Part shown: positions 37,380 through 47,198 of the stretch, piece after piece | How positions within the stretch are numbered: the stretch's first letter is position 1 | Layout: every line of letters begins with the position of its first letter | From: Candidatus Syntropharchaeum sp. | GTDB lineage: Archaea > Halobacteriota > Syntropharchaeia > Syntropharchaeales > Syntropharchaeaceae | Length of the DNA: 64,000 bases | Assembly: GCA_026134025.1 (NCBI GenBank) | Contig: JAOQII010000004.1 | Coordinates: 19,409 to 83,408 of the forward strand | Reading direction: 5' to 3' | Notes under the pieces: generated by a model | The model's database searches: none | What the model was told of the DNA's origin: nothing | The model's input: the letters and a program-made list of their open reading frames with translations, nothing else | Made by a program: the position numbers and the translations under genes

Positions 37380-38735
37380 TCATAGCGTATCCAGTGGATA
37401 GAGTTCTGTAAATACAGCCTCAGCGGCCATCGAGATCGGCTCCGCACTTGGTTCTGGCGATAGTTCTGGCTGACTTGCTGCTCGGAATGTCATGAGATCA
37501 AGTGCTGTTAGTCTGCATCTTATCGCAACTGCTACCGCATCGATCACCTTTATCATAGAACTGGTATCACTCACGATCTGCCCACCTATTACCCGCTTTG
37601 TTCGCTTATCAAAGATCAGCTTCAAGGTGAACGGCTCCTGACCCGGCATCATCAGGTGCTTGTTTATCGTTGTAAACTTACCAACAGCGATATCGATCCC
37701 TGCAGCCTTTGCTGCCTGCTCTGTCAGTCCAACACCTGCAAACGACTTGTCGAGAAGCTTTGTTGTGAAGTTGTTGAGAAGTGGTGGGAACTCGATTTTG
37801 TATCCAAGAATGTTCTTTGCGATGATCCGACCTCCGATAACGGCATTGGGTCTGATCTGTCCTGGCATAACCTCGCCTGTAACGAGGTTCTCATACTCGA
37901 TCAGGTCACCACCAGCGTATATCTCAGGATCAGAGGTCTGAAGATATTTATTCACCTTGACACCGAATCTTCCGATCTCAAGTCCACAATCTCTGGCAAG
38001 CTCAATATTCGCACGAACACCAACCGATAATATCACTGTCCCGGCATCGATTCTGGTTCCATCTGAGAGTCTGACCCCTTCTACATCTCCTGTGCCAAGA
38101 AATTCATCTGCCATGACGCTCAGCTTTAAATCGATGCCTCTGGATTCGAGGTATTCCTCGATCTCCTGTGCCATATCGTGATCAAAGCTCACTGCCAGGA
38201 TGTGATCCACGGCCTCAACGACCGTTGTCCTGTAACCTTCCCGTGCAATTAAGCTTGCCATCTCAAGCCCGATCGCGCCTGCCCCGATTACAACGACACC
38301 GCGATCTCCTTTCTTCTTCAAATGATTCAGGATATTGACCGCATCCCTGCTTGTTCTGACGGTGAATACGCCTCCAAGATCCGCGCCTGGTATCGGAGGC
38401 TTCACCGGGATGCCACCTGTTGCAAGAACCAATTTATCGTAGGGGTAACTCCCACCATCCGCGGTTGTAACAATCTTTGCCTCACGATCGACCTTGACCG
38501 CCTTGACATCAACGAGCTTCGTCCCAACCTTTGTGAAGCGGTCATCATCTTTCACGGACGCCTCAACAGTTGCATCTCCGGCCACGATGTAGGGAATTGC
38601 ACATCTCGTCAGAAAGTTCTCCTCCTCACGAATCAGCGTCAGATCCACCGAAGGGTCAAGCTTCTTGAGCATCATCGAGCAGGGTCCGCCTGTACCAGCA
38701 CACCCAATCACAACAACTTTTAGCATATCAAACAC
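37380..38735 (-). CDS. FAD-dependent pyridine nucleotide-disulfide oxidoreductase (NADH oxidase/CoA-disulfide reductase family)
   Basis: Two Rossmann GxGxxG regions (VVVIGCAGTGG; VVVIGAGAIGLE), single redox Cys in the FLTRCAIPY context typical of Nox/CoADR, C-terminal dimerisation domain. Confidence 0.75.
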   Translation of the reverse strand: MFDMLKVVVIGCAGTGGPCSMMLKKLDPSVDLTLIREEENFLTRCAIPYIVAGDATVEASVKDDDRFTKVGTKLVDVKAVKVDREAKIVTTADGGSYPYDKLVLATGGIPVKPPIPGADLGGVFTVRTSRDAVNILNHLKKKGDRGVVVIGAGAIGLEMASLIAREGYRTTVVEAVDHILAVSFDHDMAQEIEEYLESRGIDLKLSVMADEFLGTGDVEGVRLSDGTRIDAGTVILSVGVRANIELARDCGLEIGRFGVKVNKYLQTSDPEIYAGGDLIEYENLVTGEVMPGQIRPNAVIGGRIIAKNILGYKIEFPPLLNNFTTKLLDKSFAGVGLTEQAAKAAGIDIAVGKFTTINKHLMMPGQEPFTLKLIFDKRTKRVIGGQIVSDTSSMIKVIDAVAVAIRCRLTALDLMTFRAASQPELSPEPSAEPISMAAEAVFTELYPLDTL

Positions 38736-38821
38736 CTCATGTACAAATGTTTAGTAAATAGTAGTTATTATAGATATATATATAAAAATTGTGGTGCAGC
38801 AATCTTTATCCAGATAAGTAG

Positions 38822-38848
38822 AAAAGAAAAAACCGGGAATTTCCCGGT
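38822..38848 (-). terminator. Intrinsic-type terminator for the FrhB-family gene: perfect palindrome accgggaatttcccggt followed on the coding strand by a T-tract
   Basis: The stem-loop ACCGGGAA/TTCCCGGT sits immediately 3' of the stop of the gene at 38853, followed by an oligo-T run on the minus strand. Confidence 0.5.
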
Positions 38849-38852
38849 ACAC

Positions 38853-39968
38853 CTAAATAAGCAGGTTCATCTCCGAAGGATCTATTAAAAGGTTCAATAA
38901 CTTCAGTGCGCCTGCAGATTCCATTATGTTCTTGAGGTTTCCAGACTTCTTCCTTGATGCAAGCTTTCTTACAAGCTCGACCTTATCGTCTGCCATCTCC
39001 TTGGTCTCGATCGCACCAGCCTTCTTCGCATCCTCGATGAGCTTCTTGCCGGTCTCATTTCTGATTATGACGGTGTTCCAACCTGATTCTGCCCCGATTG
39101 ATCCAACCGAGACATCTGAAAGCTCTGCTGCAAAGTCATAGCATACTTTGCAACCCTCACGCATACAGGATTTCATTGCTGCGATCTTCTCATCGATCTG
39201 GCCGCCGTCGGTGAATATCTTGAACTTACCCTCACCGATATCGAACTTCTTGACATCCTCGATCTTTACACCAAGCTCAGCAAGCTTTGCAAGCAGGAGA
39301 TCTCGATCGAATGTCTCGGTACAGAGGAGCCCTATCACATACTTGACCTTGTCCCCGTGAACATCGAAATAGTCTGAGAGCTGGATCTTTCGCATCGCCT
39401 GTACATGGCATGGTAGACCGACCATCGCGATATTTTCATGTCCGTCAGCGATCGCGTTTGCAACACCGATGATCGTTGGACACTGCTCATAGTTTGATCC
39501 TGCACCTGCAAGAATATCTTCTTTACTGGTTGCAACAAACGGCTCGGGTTTCCATTTCTCGGTCTCTGAGTTCTTGGAGATACACGCGGCATCGATCTCA
39601 CCCTTATCCATGAGGTACGTGAGAAGCGCGGTCACAACACCGCCATCCTGCCCTTGCTCATGGATCGCAGCATCAGTTGCCTTTGCTGATATGATCTCGG
39701 TGTAATATCCAAGATCTTTATCGCTCCTGACACCGCCAAGAACCGCTTTCTCCATCTCAAGGATGGGCAGGAACGTCCTTGGACAGAAATCAAAGCACGC
39801 ACCATGGAGTTCGAAGCATTTTTCATCCGTGGTCGGAAGCTGATTCTCATAGCGGATATACTCGGTACAGAATCCACCGCAGGCACCGCAGTAACAGCAG
39901 ATCCCGGTGTATACGACCCTTGACTCCAGATCGTTTATATTTCCCTCTTCTGCAAACTTCATAATCAT
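38853..39968 (-). CDS. FrhB/FdhB/FpoF-family F420-binding iron-sulfur flavoprotein (coenzyme F420 hydrogenase/dehydrogenase beta subunit family)
   Basis: N-terminal 2x[4Fe-4S] ferredoxin motifs (CCYCGACGGFC...CFDFCP), central FrhB N/C-domains (GQDGGVVTALL...), size 371 aa. Confidence 0.7.
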   Translation of the reverse strand: MIMKFAEEGNINDLESRVVYTGICCYCGACGGFCTEYIRYENQLPTTDEKCFELHGACFDFCPRTFLPILEMEKAVLGGVRSDKDLGYYTEIISAKATDAAIHEQGQDGGVVTALLTYLMDKGEIDAACISKNSETEKWKPEPFVATSKEDILAGAGSNYEQCPTIIGVANAIADGHENIAMVGLPCHVQAMRKIQLSDYFDVHGDKVKYVIGLLCTETFDRDLLLAKLAELGVKIEDVKKFDIGEGKFKIFTDGGQIDEKIAAMKSCMREGCKVCYDFAAELSDVSVGSIGAESGWNTVIIRNETGKKLIEDAKKAGAIETKEMADDKVELVRKLASRKKSGNLKNIMESAGALKLLNLLIDPSEMNLLI

Positions 39969-40231
39969 TTCCTCCTGTAACTTGCACAGGTAGAAGTCGG
40001 CTTATTGGACGCGTCTATCCAGACGATCCAGTTCTTACCGACCCTCTTCGTATTGAGCATCTTTTCCTTGGAGAGTTCCAGAATGTTGGTCTTTGCTGTT
40101 GCCCAGCTTACCCCAACCTTTTCGGCGATCTCCCCGATCGACATGGGCTCTCTTGCCTCGTTCACCATCGCAATTATCCTGTTTTGAGTTGGTGTCATAG
40201 CAGATACATCGACCTCTTTGTTAAGATGCAT
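39965..40231 (-). CDS. Small winged-helix transcriptional regulator
   Basis: 88 aa; PMSIGEIAEKVGVSWATAKTNILELSKEKML HTH. 4-nt overlap with the FrhB-family gene suggests an operon. Confidence 0.5.
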   Translation of the reverse strand: MHLNKEVDVSAMTPTQNRIIAMVNEAREPMSIGEIAEKVGVSWATAKTNILELSKEKMLNTKRVGKNWIVWIDASNKPTSTCASYRRK

Positions 40232-40281
40232 GTTAACAGTGGTGACACCATCTATATAAAGATTGTGGAATTGAAGAAACA

Positions 40282-41181
40282 GTGAATGAAGACTTAACAG
40301 ATATATATACTAAGAACAAAATAAATTACATGGAATCAAACGCTAAGGATCTTCTGCTCGTAATTCTATTCACGTTTCTATGCATCCCATCTATCCTCAT
40401 CCCTTCCCTGTGTGAGACACCGATACGAGTCATACTCGGACTCCCGCTGATTCTTTTTTTCCCTGGCTATGCTTTGATCGCCGCACTATTTCCAGCAAGA
40501 GAAGATCTTGATATGATCGAACGTCTCGCACTGAGTTTTGGGCTCAGCATTGCTCTTGTGCCGCTTCTTGGGCTTGTATTGAACTACACGCCGTTCGGGA
40601 TCAGATTGATACCGATACTTCTCACCCTATCCGGATTTACGATCATCTTATCGCTTTTCGCATTCACCCGTAGGAGAAAACTTCCAGCGAACCTTAGATT
40701 CTCGGTTGATTTCAAATCATATTTTGCTGGATTGAAAGCGTCATTTACGAGAGAAAACAGGCTTGATCGCATCCTGACTATCCTTCTCTTCGCAGCAATC
40801 ATCATTGCAATCGCTATGACCGTATATGTCATCGTTACACCGAAAGAAGGTGAGCATTTTACAGAGTTCTATATTCTTGGTGCAAATGGTACTGCTGATG
40901 AGTATCCGACTGATCTGGCTGTCGGAGAGGAGGGAAAACTCATTGTAGGTATTGTAAACCATGAATATACCAACTATAGCTATCGTCTTGAGGTTAAATT
41001 CAATGAGAACGTACTTTATGAGGAGTTTATAACATTGTCACACAACGAGACATGGGAGCAACCCTTCTCGTTTCAAGCAGATAAAAGTGGAGAGGATCAG
41101 CGATTGGAATTTCTACTCTACAACAAGAGTGGAACTGAGCCTTACAGATCACTACATCTATGGGTTGATGTGCGTGAATAG
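40282..41181 (+). CDS. DUF1616-family archaeal membrane protein
   Basis: N-terminal 4-5 TM segments plus a C-terminal soluble beta-rich domain. Conserved PGYALI motif region. Confidence 0.5.
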   Translation: MNEDLTDIYTKNKINYMESNAKDLLLVILFTFLCIPSILIPSLCETPIRVILGLPLILFFPGYALIAALFPAREDLDMIERLALSFGLSIALVPLLGLVLNYTPFGIRLIPILLTLSGFTIILSLFAFTRRRKLPANLRFSVDFKSYFAGLKASFTRENRLDRILTILLFAAIIIAIAMTVYVIVTPKEGEHFTEFYILGANGTADEYPTDLAVGEEGKLIVGIVNHEYTNYSYRLEVKFNENVLYEEFITLSHNETWEQPFSFQADKSGEDQRLEFLLYNKSGTEPYRSLHLWVDVRE

Positions 41182-41253
41182 TTGCGAAGAAGATTCGAAT
41201 ACTTTAAATATTAAAAGATGTATTGGATATGTATTATTAAAAGGTATAGATCC

Positions 41254-41628
41254 ATGAGGGAGCGTTCGATAAGTGTCCTGGATGAGGATGATACGACGAT
41301 CGTTGATCTCCTGATTAGACTTGGATTTAAGAGAAACGTCGCAAATGTGATCGTTTTCCTCTCAAAGGTTGGAGGTGCAACTTCGCGAGATATTGAGTTT
41401 GCGGCAGACCTCAGACAACCCGAGGTTAGTATCACGATGCGGGAGATGCATCAGAATAAGTGGGTACTCGAGCGGGAGATAAAGCGGGGTGGCAAAGGCA
41501 GACCTATAAAGGAGTACAGGCTTGCGGTAGGGATCAGGGATATCATTGAGTATATCGAGGCACTGAAGAAGCAGGAGTTCGAGGCAGATATGGAGCATAT
41601 CCGCATGCTTAAAGATTTAATCAAATGA
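41254..41628 (+). CDS. Winged-helix (ArsR/TrmB-like) transcriptional regulator
   Basis: TTIVDLLIRLGFKRNVANVIVFLSKVGGATSRDIEFAADLRQPEVSITMREM HTH. Start moved to the internal Met. Confidence 0.5.
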   Translation: MRERSISVLDEDDTTIVDLLIRLGFKRNVANVIVFLSKVGGATSRDIEFAADLRQPEVSITMREMHQNKWVLEREIKRGGKGRPIKEYRLAVGIRDIIEYIEALKKQEFEADMEHIRMLKDLIK

Positions 41629-41640
41629 AAGAGGCTATTT

Positions 41641-42198
41641 TTGAGGCTTATTCTTGGTATAACGGGTGCGAGCGGGGTAATATATGGTACGAGACTTCTT
41701 GAGTTCTTGAAGAGAGAGAAGGTTGAGGTTGAGACGCACCTTGTAATCTCTGAGATGGGAAAACAGATCATCGAACTTGAGCTTGAGCAGAGACTTGAGG
41801 ATGTGATCGGGCTTGCCTCATTCTTTTATGAGAACACTGACCTTACGGCGCCCATAGCAAGCGGCTCTTTCCACATTGACGCAACAATCATCGTTCCATG
41901 CAGTATGAAGACGGTTGCATCGGTCGCAAATGGGATCTCCGAGAACCTGATAGCCCGTGCTGCTGATATATCCCTTAAAGAAAAGCGAAAGCTTGTCATC
42001 GTCCCAAGAGAAACCCCTTTGAGTGAGATACATCTTAAAAACCTCCTGAAAGTTGCAAGAGCTGGAGGTACAGTAATCCCTGCATCACCTGCGTTTTATC
42101 ATGAACCAGAACGTCTTGAAGATCTCGCAGACTTCATCGTGGGTAAGGTACTTGAAGCGATCGGGATCGAGCACAATCTCTACAGGAGATGGGGCTAA
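41641..42198 (+). CDS. ubiX: Flavin prenyltransferase UbiX/PAD1 family
   Basis: ILGITGASGVIYGTRLLEFL flavoprotein N-terminus, PCSMKTVASVANGI motif, 185 aa. Confidence 0.85.
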   Translation: MRLILGITGASGVIYGTRLLEFLKREKVEVETHLVISEMGKQIIELELEQRLEDVIGLASFFYENTDLTAPIASGSFHIDATIIVPCSMKTVASVANGISENLIARAADISLKEKRKLVIVPRETPLSEIHLKNLLKVARAGGTVIPASPAFYHEPERLEDLADFIVGKVLEAIGIEHNLYRRWG

Positions 42199-42241
42199 GA
42201 TAACCGTTAAAGATATATAAAAGTGATGGTTAAAAAAATCT

Positions 42242-42736
42242 ATGAAAAAGCTTCGAATATCCTTTCTGGTCATTTTCTTACTGCTTTTATTCATTCCAGC
42301 CACTTTTGCAGGAACGATCGAGTGGCATACGTATGATGAAGGAATGAAACTTGCGGCTTCAGAGGGGGGGGTTGCGATGATCTATTTTCATTCCGATTCG
42401 TGCTACTACTGCAGACAGATGGAATCAACAACTCTCTCAGATCCCGAAATAATAGCTCTCTCAGGAAAGATGATCTGCATTGATGCAAACGGAGATCGTA
42501 ATCTCCTTGCAAGATACTACGTCAGAAGCTATCCCACGATTCTTTTTGTTGATCCAGATGGTGAGGAGATATTCAGGTTAATCGGCTACAGAGATCCACC
42601 TACCTTCAAAACTTATGTGGAGGCAATCCTTGAGGGTAATCCACCACCCACATCCACTGAGTCGCCTGCTTGTGGCGTTCTCATAGTGCTGGGTGTAATA
42701 ACTGGATTATGGATTTACCTGAGGCAAAATAGATGA
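42242..42736 (+). CDS. Thioredoxin-fold thiol-disulfide oxidoreductase, secreted with C-terminal TM anchor
   Basis: Signal peptide, CxxC (SCYYC) in a Trx-like context, YPTILFVD, C-terminal hydrophobic helix. Confidence 0.65.
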   Translation: MKKLRISFLVIFLLLLFIPATFAGTIEWHTYDEGMKLAASEGGVAMIYFHSDSCYYCRQMESTTLSDPEIIALSGKMICIDANGDRNLLARYYVRSYPTILFVDPDGEEIFRLIGYRDPPTFKTYVEAILEGNPPPTSTESPACGVLIVLGVITGLWIYLRQNR

Positions 42737-43395
42737 TAGAGCTTCCTGTACCCATTCTTTCATTTTTATTTGGTGTTTTAAGCATCTTCACTCCGTGTGT
42801 TCTCCCTGTAATCCCAATTATCGCAGCTTATGCAGTAAAAGCAGGGCGATTTGTGCCTCTGGCGCTTGCATGCGGCTTCTCAATCTCGTATTTTTTGATG
42901 GGGATTGTTGCATTAGCCTTTGGACAGATCATGTATTCACTTGGCGATCTTTTGTGGCGTGGGGCAAGCGCGATCATAATCATAATGGGCGTATATATCC
43001 TGCTCGAGGAGCGTTTATCACCCGATATTCTATCAAGGCTACCATCCTCTGGTCTTTTTGATCATTTAAGGGCAAAGATGGGGAGTGAGATCAACGGTGT
43101 TTTAGGGGGTCTTCTTCTTGGGGCAACACTCAGCATTGTCTGGATACCATGTACAGGGCCTATTTTAGGATCTTTTCTCGCGATGATAGCGATGGAAGCC
43201 ACGTCACTTTATGAAAATCCACTTTTACTCCTCCTGTACTCATCAGGAATGGCAGTGCCTTTTTTAGCAATCGCTTACGGGTCAAATCTTTTTGTAAACA
43301 GGGTGAAGAGCTTATCTTCTCATCTTCCAGCTATAAGAACCCTATCTGGCATCATATTGATCCTGACCGGGATCTATTTCTGGCTGAAACTCTGA
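42733..43395 (+). CDS. ccdA: CcdA/DsbD-family transmembrane thiol-disulfide electron transporter
   Basis: Two conserved Cys in TM1/TM4 (FTPCVLPVIP; WIPCTGPILG), 6 TM. Start overlaps the upstream Trx-like gene. Confidence 0.8.
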   Translation: MIELPVPILSFLFGVLSIFTPCVLPVIPIIAAYAVKAGRFVPLALACGFSISYFLMGIVALAFGQIMYSLGDLLWRGASAIIIIMGVYILLEERLSPDILSRLPSSGLFDHLRAKMGSEINGVLGGLLLGATLSIVWIPCTGPILGSFLAMIAMEATSLYENPLLLLLYSSGMAVPFLAIAYGSNLFVNRVKSLSSHLPAIRTLSGIILILTGIYFWLKL

Positions 43396-43449
43396 ATTTA
43401 TGGAATCGTTATCTATATATGATTAGATGATGATAAGGAATAAAGGAGG

Positions 43450-44646
43450 GTGATTGATATAGATTTTGATCAGGGTCTACTAACGACAATACATGATATA
43501 TCCGTGAACTTTGATCAGTTGTCAGCACGTCTGCATGAGCTTACAAAGACCTATTCAACGGGTGTTATTATACCACTGCTCGAGAAGGATCTTAAAAATC
43601 CTGCGATGTCACGGATCATCGAAGGTTTGAATGAATGTACGTACCTGAATAAGGTATTTATCGCACTGGCGGCATCTGAAGATGGTTACAGCAGATCTCT
43701 TAAGACTTTTAAAGAACTCCAGATCCCAAATGAAACACTCTGGTGTAACAGCCCTGCGGTAAATGATGTCTTTGAGGATCTTGCAGTAGAAGGATTGGAT
43801 CTTACACATTATACCGGAAAAGGAATGGATGTATGGATAGCTTTTGGGATTGCGAGTCTCGAACTTGACGCATTCGTTCTTCACGATGGGGATATTCGTA
43901 CCTATTCAAAAATGATCCCAACAAAACTACTCTATCCGATCGTTGATCCAGAACTTGACTTTTTATTTACAAAAGGATATTATGCGAGGGTTGATACAGC
44001 AGATAAGATTATATATGGGAGGATATATCGCCTCTTCATCACACCAATCCTCGATGTTCTACAGGAGAAATTTGGCTACGATCTTGAGTTTTTGAGATAC
44101 CTGCAATCATTCAGGTACCTGCTCTCTGGCGAGATCGGTCTGACAAGTGAACTCGCCCTCAATTTGAGGATTGCGTGTGGGTGGGGGCTTGAGATCGGGA
44201 CCCTATCTGAGCTTATTAGAAACATTCATTACAAACGGGCATGCCAGGTCGATCTTGGGCTTTATGAGCATAAACATCAGGTGATGACGAAGGGTAAGAG
44301 TGAAGGAATTCTGAGGGTCGCGGGAGAGTGCTTTATAACGATCCTTAGAACGCTCACTGAGATGTATGCGATTGAAGTATCAGAGGAGTCATTTGCGAGT
44401 ATGAAGGTAGCCTACAGGCGTATGGCTACAGACAAGATACGTCAGTATCGGGCGATGGCGGTCTGTAATGGTCTGGACTATGATCTCAACCTCGAGGGGT
44501 ATATGGTGGAACAGTTTTCAGATGTAATAATGACTGCTGGAAGATCGTATCTAAAAAATCCGACAGCAAGGCAGATGCCTAACTGGCTACGTGCCCTATC
44601 AGCGATGCCAGATCTGAGAGAAAAGCTCCGAAAAGCGACGATATAA
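43450..44646 (+). CDS. Glucosyl-3-phosphoglycerate/mannosyl-3-phosphoglycerate synthase-like glycosyltransferase (GT81/GpgS-like)
   Basis: Resembles GpgS: GKGMDVWIAF...LHDGD (GKGEALW...IDSD in GpgS) and LSGEIGLTSEL...WGLEIGTLSEL (LSGEYAASREL...YGVEIGLLIDT). The neighbouring MpgP-family phosphatase supports this. Confidence 0.55.
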   Translation: MIDIDFDQGLLTTIHDISVNFDQLSARLHELTKTYSTGVIIPLLEKDLKNPAMSRIIEGLNECTYLNKVFIALAASEDGYSRSLKTFKELQIPNETLWCNSPAVNDVFEDLAVEGLDLTHYTGKGMDVWIAFGIASLELDAFVLHDGDIRTYSKMIPTKLLYPIVDPELDFLFTKGYYARVDTADKIIYGRIYRLFITPILDVLQEKFGYDLEFLRYLQSFRYLLSGEIGLTSELALNLRIACGWGLEIGTLSELIRNIHYKRACQVDLGLYEHKHQVMTKGKSEGILRVAGECFITILRTLTEMYAIEVSEESFASMKVAYRRMATDKIRQYRAMAVCNGLDYDLNLEGYMVEQFSDVIMTAGRSYLKNPTARQMPNWLRALSAMPDLREKLRKATI

Positions 44647-44652
44647 CAGGAT

Positions 44653-45852
44653 TCAAAGAAAATTCGTTGAGTACGCCTTATATGCCCTCAGGTACTCTGC
44701 ATGGGGCCATATAAGTGGCGTTGTAACATACACCAGTCCATCCTTCCATTTTGGATGCTTTTTTATATTCTCGATCATTGTTAGTTTTGTATCCCGCAGT
44801 ATCATTGCATTCTGGTAGCTCTCAAGCCACTGTTCGAACCGGTCTATCGTTGAGATATGTTCTGGAAACTTGTAATCATGAGCCATATCCACACACCAGC
44901 CAAGGTATATCTCAGCCACATCATCGTTGCCGACCTCGCAGTAATGCTTCGCAAGCTGGCATGTGAAGTGAAGCCAGGGGCCGTATCCGCCATTGTTTCG
45001 ATCCCAGCTTTCAGGATAGCGGTTCAATCCATCGAGCTCCTCGTCCCAGAGGTTATCGTGCAGTCGCCTCACCGTATTGAGTATCTTTAGGTCATCATCA
45101 GGGATCAGCCCGAAGTATGCGGGTGCATACTCAACGACGTCTGGATCTGTGACCGTGGATGCAAAAGGATCATACCCCAGTGGTTCGCTGTGCATATCTC
45201 GTATTCTTATGGTCTTTATGAATGTTCGCCTTCTCGGGCTGTATAACCTCGTGAAGATGCTTTTCTTTATCTTCTCTGCCTCTTCCTTCCAGCCATCAAC
45301 ATCTTCTCCTATCGCCTCACCGATCTTGACTGCCTCAAAGATCCCGGCACAGCAGGCCGAGTTTGCGTAGATCTCAAAACCGTGCTCGTATGCAGGGAAT
45401 TCGTGGATGCTGTTCACCGTGTGTATCAGATCAACCTCATTGTTCTTGTGTGAGATGATGAACTCGACCGCTTTCTTGATCGCCCACCAGTACTCCCGGC
45501 ATAGATCTTCATCCCGTGTGAGCTGGAAGTATTTTCCTGTGGCAAAGAGTATAAGCCCGTTACCATCGATCTGAACGTCTTTGTAGGAGGCGTCATTGCC
45601 ATCCACATCATACCGCTGTGAATACTCACCCGAAGGCTTCTGGATCGGTAACATGAACCTCAAAGCTCGCTCTGCCTCATCGATCATATTTGCTGCAAGT
45701 GCCCCGAGTATTATGACCGAGTGATCACGCGCGTATATGTATGGGTACCTTGTACCAGGTGGTGATGCATAGAAACCTCCGTTTGGGTGCTGGTTCTCCC
45801 GTATCACCCGCATCGACTCATACCATAGATCCTTCGCCTTGTTTTGATCCAT
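44653..45852 (-). CDS. Glycoside hydrolase with (alpha/alpha)6-barrel, GH15/GH63-like (glucoamylase/trehalase/glycosyl-glycerate hydrolase family)
   Basis: N-terminus QHPNGGFYASPPGTRYPYIYARDHS is typical of archaeal GH15-like enzymes. 399 aa. Confidence 0.6.
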   Translation of the reverse strand: MDQNKAKDLWYESMRVIRENQHPNGGFYASPPGTRYPYIYARDHSVIILGALAANMIDEAERALRFMLPIQKPSGEYSQRYDVDGNDASYKDVQIDGNGLILFATGKYFQLTRDEDLCREYWWAIKKAVEFIISHKNNEVDLIHTVNSIHEFPAYEHGFEIYANSACCAGIFEAVKIGEAIGEDVDGWKEEAEKIKKSIFTRLYSPRRRTFIKTIRIRDMHSEPLGYDPFASTVTDPDVVEYAPAYFGLIPDDDLKILNTVRRLHDNLWDEELDGLNRYPESWDRNNGGYGPWLHFTCQLAKHYCEVGNDDVAEIYLGWCVDMAHDYKFPEHISTIDRFEQWLESYQNAMILRDTKLTMIENIKKHPKWKDGLVYVTTPLIWPHAEYLRAYKAYSTNFL

Positions 45853-45861
45853 CTTTACCCC

Positions 45862-46368
45862 TCACTCATATCTGAAGATGCAGTATGCGCCTTCCTCAAG
45901 TAATTTTTCGATATCCTTCCTGTCAACCCCAAGTTTTTCTATTGCAGCATCATTGAATACAGGTTCCTGTGATGCCACCATCCTTGATGCAAGGTGATAA
46001 AACGTCTTACCAGCAAGTTCTGCTCGTTTTCTCCTTTGAGCATGGTGCATTATGCAAAAAATACTCGAAGCGGCAGCCTCTTCTTCTGGTTTTTCCCCTT
46101 TAAGTTCTTCCAAATTTACATATCCATTCGCATCTCTTGGGAGTGCTTCAAAGGTCTCTGGAATCTCAAATATCGCATACAGTGGGCAGCTCATGATGGA
46201 GCTGAACTCACCGGTTACTTTGCCTTCAACGCCTGGGCCTTCAAGTTCTGCCAGCCGTTCGCCTATTGATTCAAGCCACTTCTTGAGACCCTGGGCGCCG
46301 TGCTCATTTGCAACCTCGATCATACCGGCTATAAACGCCCAGGCCGGTGCATTTCTCCTTGTAAGCAT
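45862..46368 (-). CDS. Hypothetical protein
   Basis: 168-aa ORF between the GH and phosphatase genes, same strand. Confidence 0.35.
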   Translation of the reverse strand: MLTRRNAPAWAFIAGMIEVANEHGAQGLKKWLESIGERLAELEGPGVEGKVTGEFSSIMSCPLYAIFEIPETFEALPRDANGYVNLEELKGEKPEEEAAASSIFCIMHHAQRRKRAELAGKTFYHLASRMVASQEPVFNDAAIEKLGVDRKDIEKLLEEGAYCIFRYE

Positions 46369-46394
46369 CCTCTCACATCACCTTTTAGATTAAT

Positions 46395-47198
46395 TTATCC
46401 CATAAGCTCTATTATAACTTTGTTCCATCCTTCAGGTCCAATCCCACGAGCCTTTTTAAGACCATTAAACGAGACCATCGGATCATACGAGCCATCTGGT
46501 TTCTTGACAAGATAGGGGATATCAACTTCTCTAAGCATCGGAAGATCATTGAGACTGTCTCCCAGACCGATCGTTTTGATTTCTTTGTCGTGAGAGAAAA
46601 GCTCTGTTAACCGGTTTGTGGCCTTACCCTTGTCATTATCTCCCATTATGTGATAGTATCGCCCACCAACGGTGTAGCTAAAACCCAGCCTCGTAATCTC
46701 CTCCAGGATCATTTCAGCGCAATAGCCATCCTCAGGTATCTCAAACGCTTCATCATATTCACGAAGCTTTGCAAGGCAGGAATCCTCATAAGACAGACCA
46801 CAAGAAGCGGAAATCTCTTCAGGAGTCATATCTCCAAACCCGATGATTCTGCATCCTGTCTTTGAGCTTACAGTACTGAGTACACCCCTAAGTGTCCTGT
46901 AATCAGTCCCAAACTCAATTACATTGTATCCATCAACTTCTCTTGTGTAATCATACTCGAAATCAAAATACCCCTGAGGTATGAAGATCGCACCACCATT
47001 CTCAGGTATGAATGGGTCATTTATCTCAAGTTTTTTCCTGTAAACCTCTATCTCAGCCCGCGTCTTGCTTGTACAGAAGACGATGGGCACGCCCCGCTCT
47101 TTTAAAAGCTTTATAGCAGGCAGTGCCTTCTCGTATGAGTAGGTATCAGCATCCACGAGTGTTCCATCTAAATCAGTGAACACGACATATTCTTCCAC
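46395..47198 (-). CDS. Mannosyl/glucosyl-3-phosphoglycerate phosphatase (MpgP/YedP family, HAD-IIB)
   Basis: HAD motif I FTDLDGTLV, motif II CTSKT, C-terminal GDSLNDLPML. 267 aa, typical of MpgP/GpgP. Confidence 0.7.
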   Translation of the reverse strand: MEEYVVFTDLDGTLVDADTYSYEKALPAIKLLKERGVPIVFCTSKTRAEIEVYRKKLEINDPFIPENGGAIFIPQGYFDFEYDYTREVDGYNVIEFGTDYRTLRGVLSTVSSKTGCRIIGFGDMTPEEISASCGLSYEDSCLAKLREYDEAFEIPEDGYCAEMILEEITRLGFSYTVGGRYYHIMGDNDKGKATNRLTELFSHDKEIKTIGLGDSLNDLPMLREVDIPYLVKKPDGSYDPMVSFNGLKKARGIGPEGWNKVIIELMG

